A stretch of 64,000 nucleotides of DNA from Zootoca vivipara. Lineage: Eukaryota. Below the pieces are notes generated by a model that was given only the letters and a program-made list of their open reading frames with translations, had not been told where the DNA came from and did no database searches. Location of the stretch: contig NC_083282.1 in assembly GCF_963506605.1 (NCBI RefSeq), positions 49,042,001-49,106,000 on the forward strand, written 5' to 3'. Positions 35,539 through 48,776 of the stretch are shown piece after piece. Positions within the stretch are counted from its first letter, which is position 1, and every line of letters starts with the position of its first letter. The position numbers and the translations under genes were made by a program.

Positions 35539-37013
35539 TACCACTCTAAACAGGAACTGAACATTATGTGAGCAATAAACTTTGTTTTTGCTTTCTCAGT
35601 TCCCTGGAACATGCAGCTGGTAGAATTCATTCATATTCCTTCAGTCCCCCCCCCCAATGAAAATAAGAAATAAAATGTCAATAGGCTATTAGATACAAAG
35701 TATGGGGAAGAAAAATAAGGCAGGTTTATTCACGCACATACTTCTGAAATACCCAAAGGCCCAGTTAGGGATCCAGTGTACTTCTTGCCAATTTATAAAA
35801 ATGTGGTAAAAGACAATTCCTGTCTGTGATGACAATACAAACTTGCCTTTTCAGTTTCATACAAACTATGAATTTTTAAAAAATGCCCCAGTCCTGAAGT
35901 TACTTGTGAATTTCTGTCCATCACATGTTTTCAACATTGAAAACTTAAAATAAAACATGCACTTTTACTGCTTCTACTATAGCTGCTTCTACTCTAGATG
36001 ATAACCTCCTATAATGTAAGGACACAGTTAAAAGGGAGGACAATTCAAATAAGGACAGTGAAGAAAAAGAAGAACATAGAATGGTATCATTTTTAAAAAA
36101 GCAAACAAAAATCTTTCACCTTTAAAGTCTATACACTTTCCAAAATATACAAGTTACGATCTTTAAATGTAATTTAAACATTTTAACATTTATTAACTTA
36201 TGTAACAGCATATGTCCCCATTGCTTTCTCCTACACAGTAACATCCAAAAACTGGGTAAGTTTGAATTGTTGTTGATTGTTAATTGTGTGCCACAGAACT
36301 TGCAGCATTTCAGCCATTCTTGGCTATTTGCAAGAGGTGGTAAGGCTGTTAATTACAGCAAATATATCACCAAACAGCATTTTATTTCCTTTGTGATTCA
36401 GATTGTTTTTCTCCTTCAAGGGTAAAAAGTGCACAAACACTTTTCTAAACTGTGCAAAGATTTTATTCTATTACTAGCTAGTATACCATATCCAGTTACT
36501 AATTTTTATGATAGCTTTATCCTCCGATCTTAAAAGTGCATTAATAAAAGAGAAAAGCCAATGAAAGCAAAATCCACATCTGTACTTTGCTATTCATTAT
36601 TACATTTTTGGGATTTAGAGCAATTCCCTTTAAAACACCAGGAATGCAAATCCTTCCCCCCCTCTCCCTCTATACTGTGCCAGACTCTGGAAACACATTA
36701 TTCACTTCCATTTGCCACAAACATTTGATGGTTTTCCTTGTGCAGATTTTAATAAATGATTTCAAGAATCTGCACATAAAACCATATTTGTTGATCATGT
36801 TCAAGCTTACTAGAAATACAGAGGATGGTTGCTGTTATAAAAGCCACTCCCTTGGTCTCAAAAAAGGCTTGGTCATAGAAGAATTTCCCCTTGACATCTG
36901 TGCAGGGTTCTGTGTCAGTTCCTCTAAGAGATATTTTGTCCTCTGAAGCAAAAGAAATATGCCTTCTTTAGCATCTTCATTCAAACAACACTGTCCATCT
37001 GAAGCACCGAGAT

Positions 37014-37096
37014 TCATTTTATAAAGAGGACATAAAAAGCCATTACAATGCAGGATATTGCCACTGCTGCATGGAGTCTAGTACCAATCACTGCCG
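37014..37096 (-). CDS. TMEM167B: TMEM167B (Kish-B) exon 3
   Basis: [27 protein letters not shown]; acceptor TTTTCCAG|. Confidence 0.95.
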
Positions 37097-37754
37097 CTGG
37101 AAAACAAAGAGACATTTACAAGTTGTAACAGTATGGAGCACACATTACTTCTTCGAATTTTTGTGAGAATTAAGCATAAGCACTAGATCGTCTTTATTAC
37201 CACATAAACTAAAACAAGGGCATCAAACTCAACTATGCTGGAAATCCAAATTCCCCACCAAGTAATTGCCCAGTGACCATATTAGTAATGATTCACGGGG
37301 TGGGGTGGGGAGATGCAAATTCTGTCTGAATTGAACAATAAGTAGTTCTACCTCACTGAGTACTTGCTGCTTACCACTTACTAAGTTCTGCTCTACTGAA
37401 GTTAGTATTTTTTTACAGCAGCTTTAACAATTTTGTTTGCTCTTAAGCAATTAAAAGAATGAAGCCGAGAACCAAGATTTATTATGCACTTGTCCTGTTG
37501 TAACCTAGAGATCCTAGGAACAAGTGGTTCCCCACGCCCCTTAAAAAAAAAACAGCTATCAAAACTCACCATAGAACCAATCAACAAACCCACACTCTCT
37601 GAAGCGACCGATCACATAAACAAGCCTGTTGTGATGTATCCCAAGTCACAATGCAAAGGCTTCCTAAGCTTAACTCCATTCTGCCAACTGTCAGGAACAT
37701 TTCCTTGAGGGTTTGTTTGTTCAACAATCCAACGGTGTATATACATTTTATTCC

Positions 37755-37934
37755 TTCCAGTAGCACCTTAGACTCGAGACCAACTAAGTTTGCCATTGGT
37801 ATGAGCTTTCATGTGCATGCACACTTCATCTCATACCAATGACAAACTTAGTTGGTCTCTAAGGTGCTACTGGAAAGAATTTTTTTATTTTGTTTCGACT
37901 ATGTCAGACCAACACGGCTACCTACCTGTAACTA
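37755..37934. mobile_element. Penelope-like element pseudo-LTR remnant in inverted arrangement
   Basis: TTCCAGTAGCACCTTA...GAGACCAACTAAGTTTG..ATTGGTATGAG is repeated in inverted form around the GTGCATGCAC spacer, followed by CAGACCAACACGGCTACC, typical of squamate Penelope repeats as recalled. Confidence 0.65.
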
Positions 37935-38074
37935 TACATTTTATGGCATGAAACAGGCAAATAACTTCCTCCTCTCCTGGCAGCTTGTGAAGGCTGCCCA
38001 GACTTGTTCCTACCCATTTCGCCCTCCCTCCTTTCCTCCCCTTTGACCCCTGGGGATGAGAGCGAGAGGCTTAC

Positions 38075-38206
38075 CTTTGTAGAATACCCCCCAGACGCCC
38101 CTCTTCTCCGACAGCAGCCAGACTTTCAGCCGAGGCACCTTCCGGAAGTAGGCGCAGGTGCACACGAAGAGCAACCCGAACACCAGCAGCCCGTCCAGCG
38201 AATACA
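38075..38206 (-). CDS. TMEM167B: TMEM167B exon 2
   Basis: [44 protein letters not shown]; near-identical to human Kish-B; AG/GT bounded. Confidence 0.96.
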
Positions 38207-38460
38207 CTGCAAGGGGAGAGAGAGAGAGAGGCCGTCTGGAGTCAGGGCCTCCCAGCTCTTAAGGGTGGCGGCCAGCAGGGAGGGGGGGAAGGGGTCTAGC
38301 GAATAAGCCCCCAGGCCAGCCTCTGGCCCTTGCCCCGAGGGCCGCCCCGCTCTGGAAGTTGGGGGTGGTGGCAGTTAGTCTGGGGGTAGGAACAAGGCGA
38401 AGGGTCACTTTGCGGGGCAGCCCACGCTGAGGCAATCCCCCCCCCCCGCACCCGTCTCAC

Positions 38461-38470
38461 CGTTAGCCAT
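38461..38470 (-). CDS. TMEM167B: TMEM167B exon 1 (ATGGCTAACG)
   Basis: M-A-N-(V) followed by GTGAG donor inside a CpG island; 10+132+83=225 nt gives 74 aa. Confidence 0.92.
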
Positions 38471-41041
38471 GACGGAAACCCGCAAGGCCCAGACCAGGTC
38501 TCGTCACCGCATCGCCCAGAACGAACGAACGGCCAGCGCGGCACCGGAACTTCCAGTGCCGCCAATTGAGCTCCGGCGAGGGAGCGCTCTCTATGGCTCT
38601 CCTCTTCCTAGAAAAGCCGGCGCGAGTGTGTCGAAATTCAAGGCAGCACTAGCAGAAGGACGGCTGGTCGATTTGTTTCGAGAGCGCGGTAGCTTGTCAA
38701 CGGCGCGTCTCGCGACCGGATTTCCTGCTGTCTTTTGTTTCACAGCGGCAACGAGGACATCTGCTCGTATGAAAAGGCAGTGCAGAAATCCGGGACTGTG
38801 TTGTTGAAGTGCTGTTTGGCAATGGTAGCCACACGCCTTAACCTTCTTTTTTTAAAAGGGGGGGGGCAGTATTTTAAACTCGATCTTCTTGTGGGATGCG
38901 AACATGTGGATGGGGCGGGATCACCTTTCTTCTAGCTTTTTTAAAAATCGCCCTGCAGATGATTCTGTAGTAGCAGAAAAATAAACTGCTCAATATTGTT
39001 ATAATTTTCTCATAGCTAATGCGGGAAGCGACGCTTACAACAACCCTGTCATGTAATCCAGTGTTACTTATCTCCATATTATAGATATGGGAGTAGGAGT
39101 TACGGTTACTGTGCATTATAATCGTCCCTCAGACGGGCTTATACTTCCAAGAGCTGTCATCTAATCGAGCACTACTGATGAAATAATCTTTTCTAAAATA
39201 CTGCAATGCTGCTCAATATTCACATATAATTAAAACAAAAACAATCTATATAAACTACTTACAATACAATATGTCATAGACCAGCATAAAAGGGTGCGAT
39301 ACTTAAAAAATATAAAACCACTTAATTAAAAAATTAAGCAGTGTGTAAGAATATAAAGTAATTACTAATAAATACAGTAGATAAAATCAGGACATACACA
39401 CACACAATAATGTCTGGGTAGGCTTGATGGAATATAAACATTTTCAGCAAGTGTCTACAGCAATATAGTGTGTCAGCTTAAATATCAATAGGTAGGGAGT
39501 TCCAAAGATTCAGAGCAATCTCAATCATCCATTCAGCCCCATTCCCCAAATCCACTGCTTACTTGTATGAAGATACATTGCATTCTTACCATTCTAAAAG
39601 AGGTCAATAGGGATCCACATTATTCCAAGATTGACTGAATTTTTATGATGTTTTTAACTAGGCAAGGGTTCTTTCTTATCTTCATGGGGTAGCGTAAAGG
39701 GCTCAGAGCATGTGAAACCTTTTCCTCACAGAAGTTCTATGGATAGGGCAAATACTAGTGGGAGAAAGAAGAGAAGGGATAATGGACACAATAGAAATTA
39801 TGCTTTCACTTAGAGGGATGAGTACTGGTAATTGTGCATCTCCAATTTAAGCCATCTGGCCAAAACAGAAGCCTCATCTGGTAGGGAAATGGCAAGACAC
39901 CTCCCCCCTGCCCCCTCCCCCGCCATACAACACTAAAAATAGTCCTGTAGCAGTAGCATTCTAATCTCTAGTCACACAGCTATTCTACCACATGCACAAA
40001 ACTACTAATGGAGTGTCCAGTCCTATCAATGAGAACTCAGAAGGAAGTCCCATTGTGAATAAGGTTACAGCCTTAATGTGACTTTTGTGTGGATGTGTAT
40101 AGGATTGTGCTATAAAATAAAATAAAATATGTGGGTTCTACAAGCTGCTTCCCCATCCTCCCTTTACTGAGAATTTTATTTGTTGAAAAGAAACTGAAGG
40201 CAGTTCCAGAATCCCAAAGATTCTGGATTCGTTTAGGAATGACAATTTTTCATACACTGGTACAGAATCACAAAATGCAGTGTAACAAAATGTAATCTTC
40301 ATAAATGGCATGAACAAAAATTTCCTGCACCGGGGTCACAACCGCAGTGAGTTAACTGGCTACCGCTGTATGGGGGCAGCAGGTGGGCATTGGCAGCAGC
40401 ACTGGTGAAGCTTCTAGAGATGCTATGGGGATGTCTGCCATGTTCCCACCAATTTGGTATTTTCTACCCATGTGTACTCCCCTTTCTCAGCTGAGCTATA
40501 GCAGTGATAGCAAATCCCCAGACCCGGCAACGTAATTGGTGTTTAGGATTGCTCTGTTAAGATGTTAGCCCAAACAACTTTATCTGATTTGTAATCATCT
40601 AAAGGGTGCATAATCAAGTACTGTACCGGTAATCCATTTTCTGCTGAACCTTGTTGATACCTTAAGAAATGTTTCAGTGCTCCAGACTTGGAAAATGACA
40701 TCCTCTGCTTAATCAGCCAAAGGTTCTTAAAGGAACATGTCACATGACACCTGTTCCCCCCCCTTTATTTTTTACATCCAACAACACACCCAGGGATTAG
40801 TCTAAGGGCTTTAATGGGTTTTGTGAAGAGCCTGCTAAAAGAAGCAGGGCCCATCCACAATCACATTACCGTCTCCACTGCCAAGAAAATCAACAGGAGG
40901 ACTTGGTTCACAGGTGTTTTTCTAGAAGAAAGTGAAGCCCAGTGCTAAACTGTTCTGGCACAGTAAGTACTTCAGAGACAACATTCCACAGCTTTAAAGG
41001 AAAGGAAAGTGAGGAGGGAAAAGCTTCCTTCAGTCAGCGCC

Positions 41042-41065
41042 ATGGGGGCCTCCCAGTCAAAACGG
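41042..41065 (+). CDS. FAM107-family gene, predicted exon 1 (MGASQSKR)
   Basis: Strong Kozak GCGCCATGG and consensus donor CGG|GTGAGT; phase fits the next exon; the link to the gene is inferred. Confidence 0.6.
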
Positions 41066-41825
41066 GTGAGTAGCTTTCTTGTTGATGGTCTGATAAAGGG
41101 GATGAAACAGGTGTTTGTCATATCTCGGAGGCTGCCCCCCTGACATCATGATGAGATCTTTTTGATCAGTCGGTCACATTCTGTTGCGTATACAGTCTTT
41201 GAACTAAGTCTATATGACAACAGAAGCATGGCAAGACTGCAATCGATAAAGCAATCTCTCGAGAGGCAGAGGTGTTTCTGATGGCTGACAACTGTGGAAT
41301 ATTCTGCTGGGGACTCTTGGAAGCTTAACCCTGAGCTTTTCTTGGAAATACTATATGACCTTTTTATTTGGGCTTAATCGTTTCATCTTGACTGCTTCTA
41401 AACTGATGAGTGGATGGGCTTTGTATAGCATGAATGATTAATTAAGTATAATAATTTAGATCTGAAATGAACAATATATATATTAGACCTCAGGGCTGGC
41501 CCATTTTGCTTCCTGAAGCGAAGGACAAGATGTCATCCCTTCTATTCCATGAATAGCAGCCACCCAGCCTGGACATTGAATCTTCCTTGACCAATGGGGA
41601 TGGAACAGGCACCGTATGGGGTACAGGGCAGTCTGTACTCCCTATAGCTGCACCATTTCACTATTAGAACTTCATTAGGGGCTAAGTACTCCCCTCACTG
41701 GTGTCCTACAGTGATGGGAGCAAAGGCATTTTTTAAATAAAAAATGTGAGCACCAACAAGGCTGCTTCTGCCTCAGAAGCAATTTCTCTTTATATTTCCT
41801 CTCCTCCTCTGTCTCCTGTATCTCC

Positions 41826-41884
41826 CGCACCCCATAGTCGCCTTTGACTGGACTTAACCGTCTAGGGGTCCTTTACCTTTACCC
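41826..41884 (+). mobile_element. Sauria SINE 3' stub
   Basis: CCCCATAGTCGCCTTTGACTGGACTTAACCGTC..GGGGTCCTTTACCTTTACC. Confidence 0.75.
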
Positions 41885-43463
41885 TCCTCTAGCACTGAAC
41901 CATACATTTCTCTTACATTTCCTAAAAAGCCAAGATAGGGAATAGACGTATTGTTCAATTGTTATGCCACTCGCAGGAAGACTAAACCCTCCATTACATC
42001 TGGACCATGTAGAGGATGTGGTATCTCACACACTAGAAAATGGTGCTGTCATATTTCTCAGAAGTGCAAAAAATGGGAACTGTTGTTCAGCGACAGTGCA
42101 GATGGACATAGTGTCATACAAATGCTTTGTGTTAATCCTCTGGTGACAGTGACCTCTCTTCAACACAGGGCTGTAATGGTGCAAAAAGTAATTGTCTCAG
42201 ACCTGTCCTGTTACATACAGGTGAAAGAAACAGCTCTTGCCCCCGTAAAACAGCCTCCTGCAGGGATAAACTCCTAGATTATACTTAATCCTGCTTCTAT
42301 GTGTAGTCATCATTTTCACTCTTACGTTGATCCACTGAACCTATCCCCTTTCCTCTCCATAGCCACCTAACCAAAATCCTAATTGAAAGAGATGAGGTAG
42401 ATCTGCCAGAAAGGCTACTTTTAGAGATAGTTTGTTCACACTTCAGCTGAAGTTTGTCTTTCTTAGGGCTCGCTCAAACTGTTGCTTAATGTGGGTAGTA
42501 AGTTTCCTGTACCTCCATGAATTCTCCACCATCCATGTGATGATCTCCATATCACTGCCTTCCCACATGTTCCCCTCCCTCAACCTGGTTTTGCTCATAG
42601 GGATGCCCTGAAAAGGAGAGGGTGTGAGAAAATCCAGATCAAGGGAGGGGAAAGTGTGGGAAGGAGAACGTCATATGGACAATGGAGAATTAATGAGGGC
42701 ACGGGAAGCTTAGTATCCACATTAAACAACAGTATGGATGAGCACAGAGCAAAGGACCACTGATCAACATTTCAAATCTAATAAAAGGGGAGAGATTGGG
42801 TCTAAAGGCAGAAGGAATACTGATGAAGCTGCATTTATGTTCCTGAACTTCATAGGCATGGAGATGATGGTTTTGAGGACAACTTTAAAGCAGCTGAGCT
42901 AGTTTTCCAGGGAAAGAGCCACATCAGATGAAGGGGAGCAGCACATACCACTCTTTAAGCATAACTGCTGAAACTTGGCATCTAAGAAATCCCTAACAGG
43001 AATGTTTGTCTTTCCCCTGAAGGATGCATTCAATCTGTTGCTGCTGCAGTGCATTCCTCCAGCAAATGTGTTGTTTGTCTTTGGAGATTTAAACCTGTAA
43101 GGATCAGGCAGGGCCAACCCTATGATTAGGTGGAGGGAAGCAGCTGTCTCAGGTAGTGAATGCAACTGCCATGCCCCCGTTGTTCCATTTCTCCCATCCT
43201 CCTGAACTGACACCCTGGCAGCGGCCAGTGGTCTCACCTAGTGATCTCCCAGTGCAGATCCTTGACCTAGCAAGCAGGAAGAGAGGGAGCCAGCCCAGGC
43301 TACACAGCCCAGTAGGCCCTATGTATGTAAATGCATTTCTTGGCACACATGACTGATGCTGAGGGAGGCATCCTTTGTCTGAGCAGCCAGCAAATGGGTA
43401 CCAGACAGGGCAGTGACTGAACAGGCAGCAGCAAGGTTTTTGAGGACAGAGCATGCTCTAAGC

Positions 43464-43599
43464 CAGGCATCCCCAAACTTCGGCCCTCCAGGTGTTTTGG
43501 ACTACAATTCCCATAATCCCTGACCACTGGTCCTGTTAGCTAGAGATCATGGGAGTTGTAGGCCAAAACATCTGGAGGGCCACAGTTTGGGGACGCCTG
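43464..43599. mobile_element. hAT (Buster/Charlie-type) MITE
   Basis: CAGGCATCCCCAAACT TIR; perfect TSD CTCTAAGC. Confidence 0.88.
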
Positions 43600-43991
43600 C
43601 TCTAAGCTAGCCTGTTGCCCTCAGTTTCAGTGGTGGACACTGCCTCTCCACAAGTGTTGAAGACTCTCTGGTCAGCTTCTGTATGGTGGAATATGTGGTG
43701 GGGAGATTGTGTGTTATCATATCCTTTGCCTCAGGCAGCAAAATGTATTGGACGGGCCCTGGATATGTGCTAGGGATGCTCTGCTTTGCCCTCAATTCCA
43801 TATGATTAGGATGTAGAAGAAATAGATGTTGGGTTTGTCTGACCTGCTGAAAGTCTATGTGCAGGTAGATTAACAGCAGCACTCATTTGCTCCTCTGTAA
43901 GACCATGCAGGGGGAAAGTAATGAGGATGCCTGTGCAGAAGCTCAGTACACTCTTGTATAATCTGCCCCCCTAGTCTCTCCTCGGTGTCCA

Positions 43992-43992
43992 T

Positions 43993-44043
<51 letters not shown>

Positions 44044-44150
44044 TTATTATTTATACCCCGCCCATCTGGCTGGGTTTCCCCAGCCACTCTGGGCAGCTTC
44101 CAACCGAATATTAAAAACAGTACAGCATCAAACATTAAAAACTTCCCTAA
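43992..44150 (-). mobile_element. L2-clade LINE 3' end with expanded (AAT)n tail microsatellite
   Basis: (AAT)n at 43996-44043 followed by TATACCCCGCCCATCTGGCTGGGTTTCCCCAGCC, shared with 52021-52390. Confidence 0.75.
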
Positions 44151-44648
44151 ATGTCTGGGAATAGGCAGGGTAGGCCTGCTGGCACCTATGCCATTATAAT
44201 AGTCTTGCATTGTTTACTTTGGATGAGGCGGCCACAAACCTGAGCCTGACAGATGACAGGCTAATCAGCAGTGGCTTAAAAGGGAAATCTCATTGGAGAT
44301 GGAAAACCTAATCTTTCAAAGCTGCACAGAGAGACCGAGGGATCCAGAATAGCTTCATCGGGTTGAGATGATCCTGTGTGAATGATCAGGGCAAAATATA
44401 AGAGTTGGGCAAATGAATGTCGTGCAGAAAATAACATGGAGTTAGGAAAATGCACAGGCATCAGACGTAAGGCAGCCTATTAGCACTGTGGATGGTGGAA
44501 AAGCTTGATTTGCAAAGGAAGGAAGGTCTGTGGGCAGCATCTGGGTATTCCAGAGCCAGAAGCGAACTGTAGTATCTGGACTCCTTTCCAATAGAAGGCA
44601 GGCAGGTGATTACGAGAGTTATTCTAATGATTTTGGGTTCTGCTAGAG

Positions 44649-44784
44649 CAGGCATCCCCAAACTGCGGCCCTCCAGATGTTTTGGCCTACAACTCCCATG
44701 ATCCCTAGCTAACAGGACCAGTGGTCGGGGAAGATAGGAATTGTAGTCCAAAACATCTGGAGGGCCGAAGTTTGGGGATGCCTG
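44649..44784. mobile_element. hAT (Buster/Charlie-type) MITE, inverted relative to the 43464 copy
   Basis: Same TIRs; TSD TGCTAGAG/AGCTAGAG. Confidence 0.88.
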
Positions 44785-45189
44785 AGCTAGAGGGTATATT
44801 ATAGTGACTGGCCAAAATATGGTCTGCGTTTTATTCTGTCTGGCTCCTTTCACCTGCTAATTTCATAACACTTTAGTAACATTGGCAAAGAGACTTATTT
44901 TTCACAGAGACTTTGGTATAAAACCTTCATGCATTGGCCAGTGAAAGAGCTGGAGATCGAGCATCAGGCAGTGGAGTGTGCTGCTGGAGTGTTTCAGCTG
45001 TTCGCCTCCACTTGTATATTTGTAAACAAACTGCAATATTACAAAATGCCATAAGCCTCCCATGATTTCCTTTCAAAGGAAACCGAACCAGGGTGAGCAC
45101 TATACCCCTGGGACGCAAGTGTGGTGAAAGCAGAAGTGCAAGCATTTGTCGATCCATTGTTTTTTGAAATGCTGCCTTTTCTGTTCCAG

Positions 45190-45226
45190 GGTGAATACAG
45201 AACTCAGAAGAGCAGTCTGAACCCAG
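45190..45226 (+). CDS. FAM107-family gene, predicted exon 2 (37-nt microexon)
   Basis: Polypyrimidine-CAG|GEYRTQKSSLNP G|GTAAG; phase 0 to 1 bridges exons 1 and 3. Confidence 0.62.
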
Positions 45227-46186
45227 GTAAGAGTATTTTACAGCAGGGTGGGAGTACCCTCTTCAAACCAAGGCTACCTTCTTTTATGTGGGGAGTGCAT
45301 GCCAGTGGTGGGTGTGGCCAAATATAAAAGTGGGCAGTGCAGTGCAGTGCAGGGGAAGTGGTTATAAAAATGGGGAGAAACTATGCAAGCATTGCGACCT
45401 CGGGGACTCACCTTTAGAGGGATGGAAAAGTGGGGGTTGTGTTCCTCTTACTCATTTAATGCATTAATTGGCCATAGCAGCAAAAGTCTGTTGTATTATG
45501 CATAGAAGGATGGCATCTATTCAGCCTGTGACTATTGGAACTTGTCCCAAGTACTCTTTTGGGGTCTAAAGGGTTTTGCATATGATCCAAATAAGAGTGC
45601 ACCTTTATTTAGCTTCTTGTTGCTGAAAGCTCTGTGCTGGTGGGGGAAAACTGCCTTGTTAGAGGTAGGGAATACTGGATGATTCTCTCCCAAGTCCTTG
45701 CCAGTATTGCACGTGTTCATTCATAAGCCCATTCTGTCTAGCTTTTCCATCACCTTGTGAAACTTTTTTTAAAACCCACATAAAAATCCGTATTCTAAAT
45801 GTCATTCACGTGGTCATTTTTTAATAGAGTTATAAACAGTTTATCAAGGTTTTCATGGTTAAATAATGGTATAAATGCGCCCCGGAGTGGTGAAAAAAGA
45901 GGTAGCAATACTCACGTAATGAGACGTTCAGTGGTGGAATTTCTGGTTTTGCCACATGGGGGTGCATTTGTATAATAATAAGAATCTGTGCAAGACTTAA
46001 CATAACAGAAGTCTTGATGGACCATCTGTGACTGACCTGATGTGTCATTTGCATTACAATGCCAACCCTGTCTTAAAGGATCCCAGAAATGGAAGTGCAT
46101 TCAAGCCCACACTTCAACTGCATGTGAATTGCCTTGTTCTCAACCAAGTCATTCAGTAAACCCCAGTTATTGAGGAAGATCTACAC

Positions 46187-46428
46187 TAGGGGTAGGCAAC
46201 CTAAGGCCAGGGGTCTTCTCAATCTGGCCCACGGACGGTCCGGGAATCAGCATGTTTTTACATGAGTAGAATGTGTGCTTTTACTTAAAATGCATCTCTG
46301 GGTTATTTGTGGGGCATAGGAATTTGTTCAATTCCCCGCCCCCCCCCCCCAAAAAATAAACTCCGGCCCACCACATGGTCTGAGGGATGGTGGACCTGCC
46401 CATGGCTGAAGAAGGTTGCTGACCCCTG
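46187..46428. mobile_element. hAT-Charlie-like MITE
   Basis: TAGGGGTAGGCAACCT / AGGTTGCTGACCCCTG TIRs; TSD ATCTACAC/ATCTATCA. Confidence 0.75.
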
Positions 46429-46871
46429 ATCTATCACTATGATACGCCTATCCAAGCCATTTCATTAACATTTAGAGATCTTTCCACAGCTCACGACTGG
46501 AATAGTTAGGGGACAACATGGTTCAAGAAAACATTGTAGCAATGGGAAGACCAACCTAGCCCCACCCACAGACCAGAGAGGGAGCAGCTTCAGGGTGTTA
46601 TGACCCTGGGGGTCAGACTCCCCCATCTTGAGTGGGTGAGGCCTGGGATTCAGAAGGGAAGAGAGAATTACTCTTCATGGGGACAGTGCTGTTGACATCA
46701 GGTCCTACTTTACACCACTCTGGAATCCTTAATGAAGAGCAGGTTAAAAATACTTTCAACAAACTGATGCTGAGCAGCTTTGTAGCCACCTTACAGTATG
46801 AAAGCAGAGAGGAAAATGTGTAATGAATTTTCTGAAGGCTTCAAAACTGTTGTCATGCCGTTATGTTCCAG

Positions 46872-47019
46872 AAGGAGACAGCAGAAGCTTTGAGCATGGC
46901 ACCTACCAGGCATCTGAAAGCCACAGGAGCCTCATTGAGCCTAAGAAACTGCCAAACCCAGTGAGGGAGTCCAAGTACCATCGGGAGTTGCACCGGGAAC
47001 TGATTTTCACTCAAAGGAG
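46872..47019 (+). CDS. FAM107-family (DUF1151; FAM107B-like) gene exon 3
   Basis: ...LIEPKKLPNPVRESKYHRELHRELIFTQRR, the FAM107 signature (cf. LIKPKKLLNPVK..HQELHRELL); AG|GTGAGT donor. Confidence 0.9.
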
Positions 47020-47361
47020 GTGAGTGTCTTTAATCCAGGAATTGCAGTAGTTTAGGCACTGAAGCTATGAACAGAGAACATACAATGCCTTTAAACCATA
47101 CATTGGCACCTGAGGTGAACCAGAAAATGGTGCTACCCTGGCCAAGGAAGAAGAGTTGAGTGAAGATCTGCATTGGGAACAAGGCGGGGAATCAAATCAA
47201 TCTTACATGACTGTTGACGTGAGAATTAAAGGCTGTCAGAGGGCAGGGGCTGCTCTGAATCATACCAGGGTGGTGCAGAACCCAGGAGATCCCAGAGGGT
47301 TGCCAGGACGTGTCCTCTTTTTCATGGGTAGAGTCGTCATAGCAATCCATAGTTATAAGTA

Positions 47362-47726
47362 AAGGTAAAAATAAAGGTACCCCTGACTGTTAGGTTCAGT
47401 CGCGGAAGACTCTGAGGTTGCACGCTCATCTCACCCTATAAGCCGAGGGAGCCGGCATTTGTCCACAGACAGCTTCCGGGTCAAGTGGCCAGCATGACTA
47501 AGCCGCTTCTGGTGAACCAGACCAGTGCACGGAAACACCGTTTACTTTCCCGCCGGAGCGGTACCTATTTATCTACTTGCACTTTGACGTGCTTTCAAAC
47601 TGCTAGGTTGGCAGGAGCTGGGACCTAACAACGGGAGCTCACCCCGTCGCGGGGATTCGAACTGCTAACCTTCCGATCGGCAAGCCCTAGGGTCTGTGGT
47701 TTAGACCACAGCGCCACCCGCGTCCC
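47362..47726 (-). mobile_element. Full-length Sauria SINE with 13-bp TSD
   Basis: TSD ATAGTTATAAGTA at 47349-47361 and 47728-47740. Confidence 0.92.
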
Positions 47727-48631
47727 TATAGTTATAAGTAGAAGTCTGCAAATGTGTCTTCTTTTTTGCTCTTCAAAATCTGGCAACCCTAAGAGGACAG
47801 CCCCCGCCATTTCCTCCCTAGAGGTGGATGGAGGCCAGTAATGCCTCCTATTTGCCGAGGAGGAGGCAGATCTAGCAGCCATTCCTTGGATGCCCAATCG
47901 GCTGTCCTTTTGGATCCTGCTGCCCAAGGTGGTGGCCTCACCTTGTCTCATGGGTGGCCAGCCCTGTGTTTAAAGCACATTTAAGGCATGTGACTTCCCC
48001 CAAAGAATCCTGGGAGCTGTAGTTTAAGAGTGCTGGGAAGTGCAGATCTGTGATGGGTAAAGTACAGCTCCTATTATTCTTTTGGAGGGGTGCTTTAAAC
48101 AGATGGAATGTACACAGTTCTTCAAGGGAGTTGGCCCTCCTGTTCTACCTGCAAAATCAGGGGAAAGGATCCTGCAGGGACCAACAAACCAAGACACAAG
48201 ACACCAAGTATAAATAAAATAAGTAGCACAATCTCTGTTGGGTGTGGGCCCATGAGATATCTCTCAAAAGCACCTAAACCTAGCATCCAGTATGGCAACT
48301 CGGGATGCCCACTGAGCTAAATAAGAAAGGGGGTTTTGCCCAATATACAGGAGAGAAACCACCTTGGGACTCCCAATCAACTTGACTGGGCACTGGAGGA
48401 GGAGGGCTTGGAAAATAACAGTCCAATTCTTACAGAGCCCATATTTAGCTCTTCATAGGTCTGATAAGCTAAGCATGTGCCCATACATAATATAGTTGAT
48501 TTATTTTGTCAGGAGAACCCTGGGTTATCATGAAATGTGGTGAAAGGAGAGGGGAGTGGAATAACAGACATTGTGGAAGGGAAGAAAGGCCCACAAACGT
48601 CTGCTTTCGTGCTGTGTTGTCCTTTCTGTAG

Positions 48632-48776
48632 GGGGATCCTTCCAGAACACAAGCCTGAGCTTCAGAGAGTTCTAGAAGCCAGAAGAATCAAGCAGCTGAA
48701 GCAGCAGGAAGAAACCCAAAAGCCCTTGACAGATCTGGAAGAAGAGCTGAGAAAACGACAGCAGAAGCTTGACCAG
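48632..48776 (+). CDS. FAM107-family gene exon 4
   Basis: GILPEHKPELQRVLEARRIKQLKQQEETQKPLTDLEEELRKRQQKLDQ; KPELQRVLE motif and coiled coil; phases match. Confidence 0.9.
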
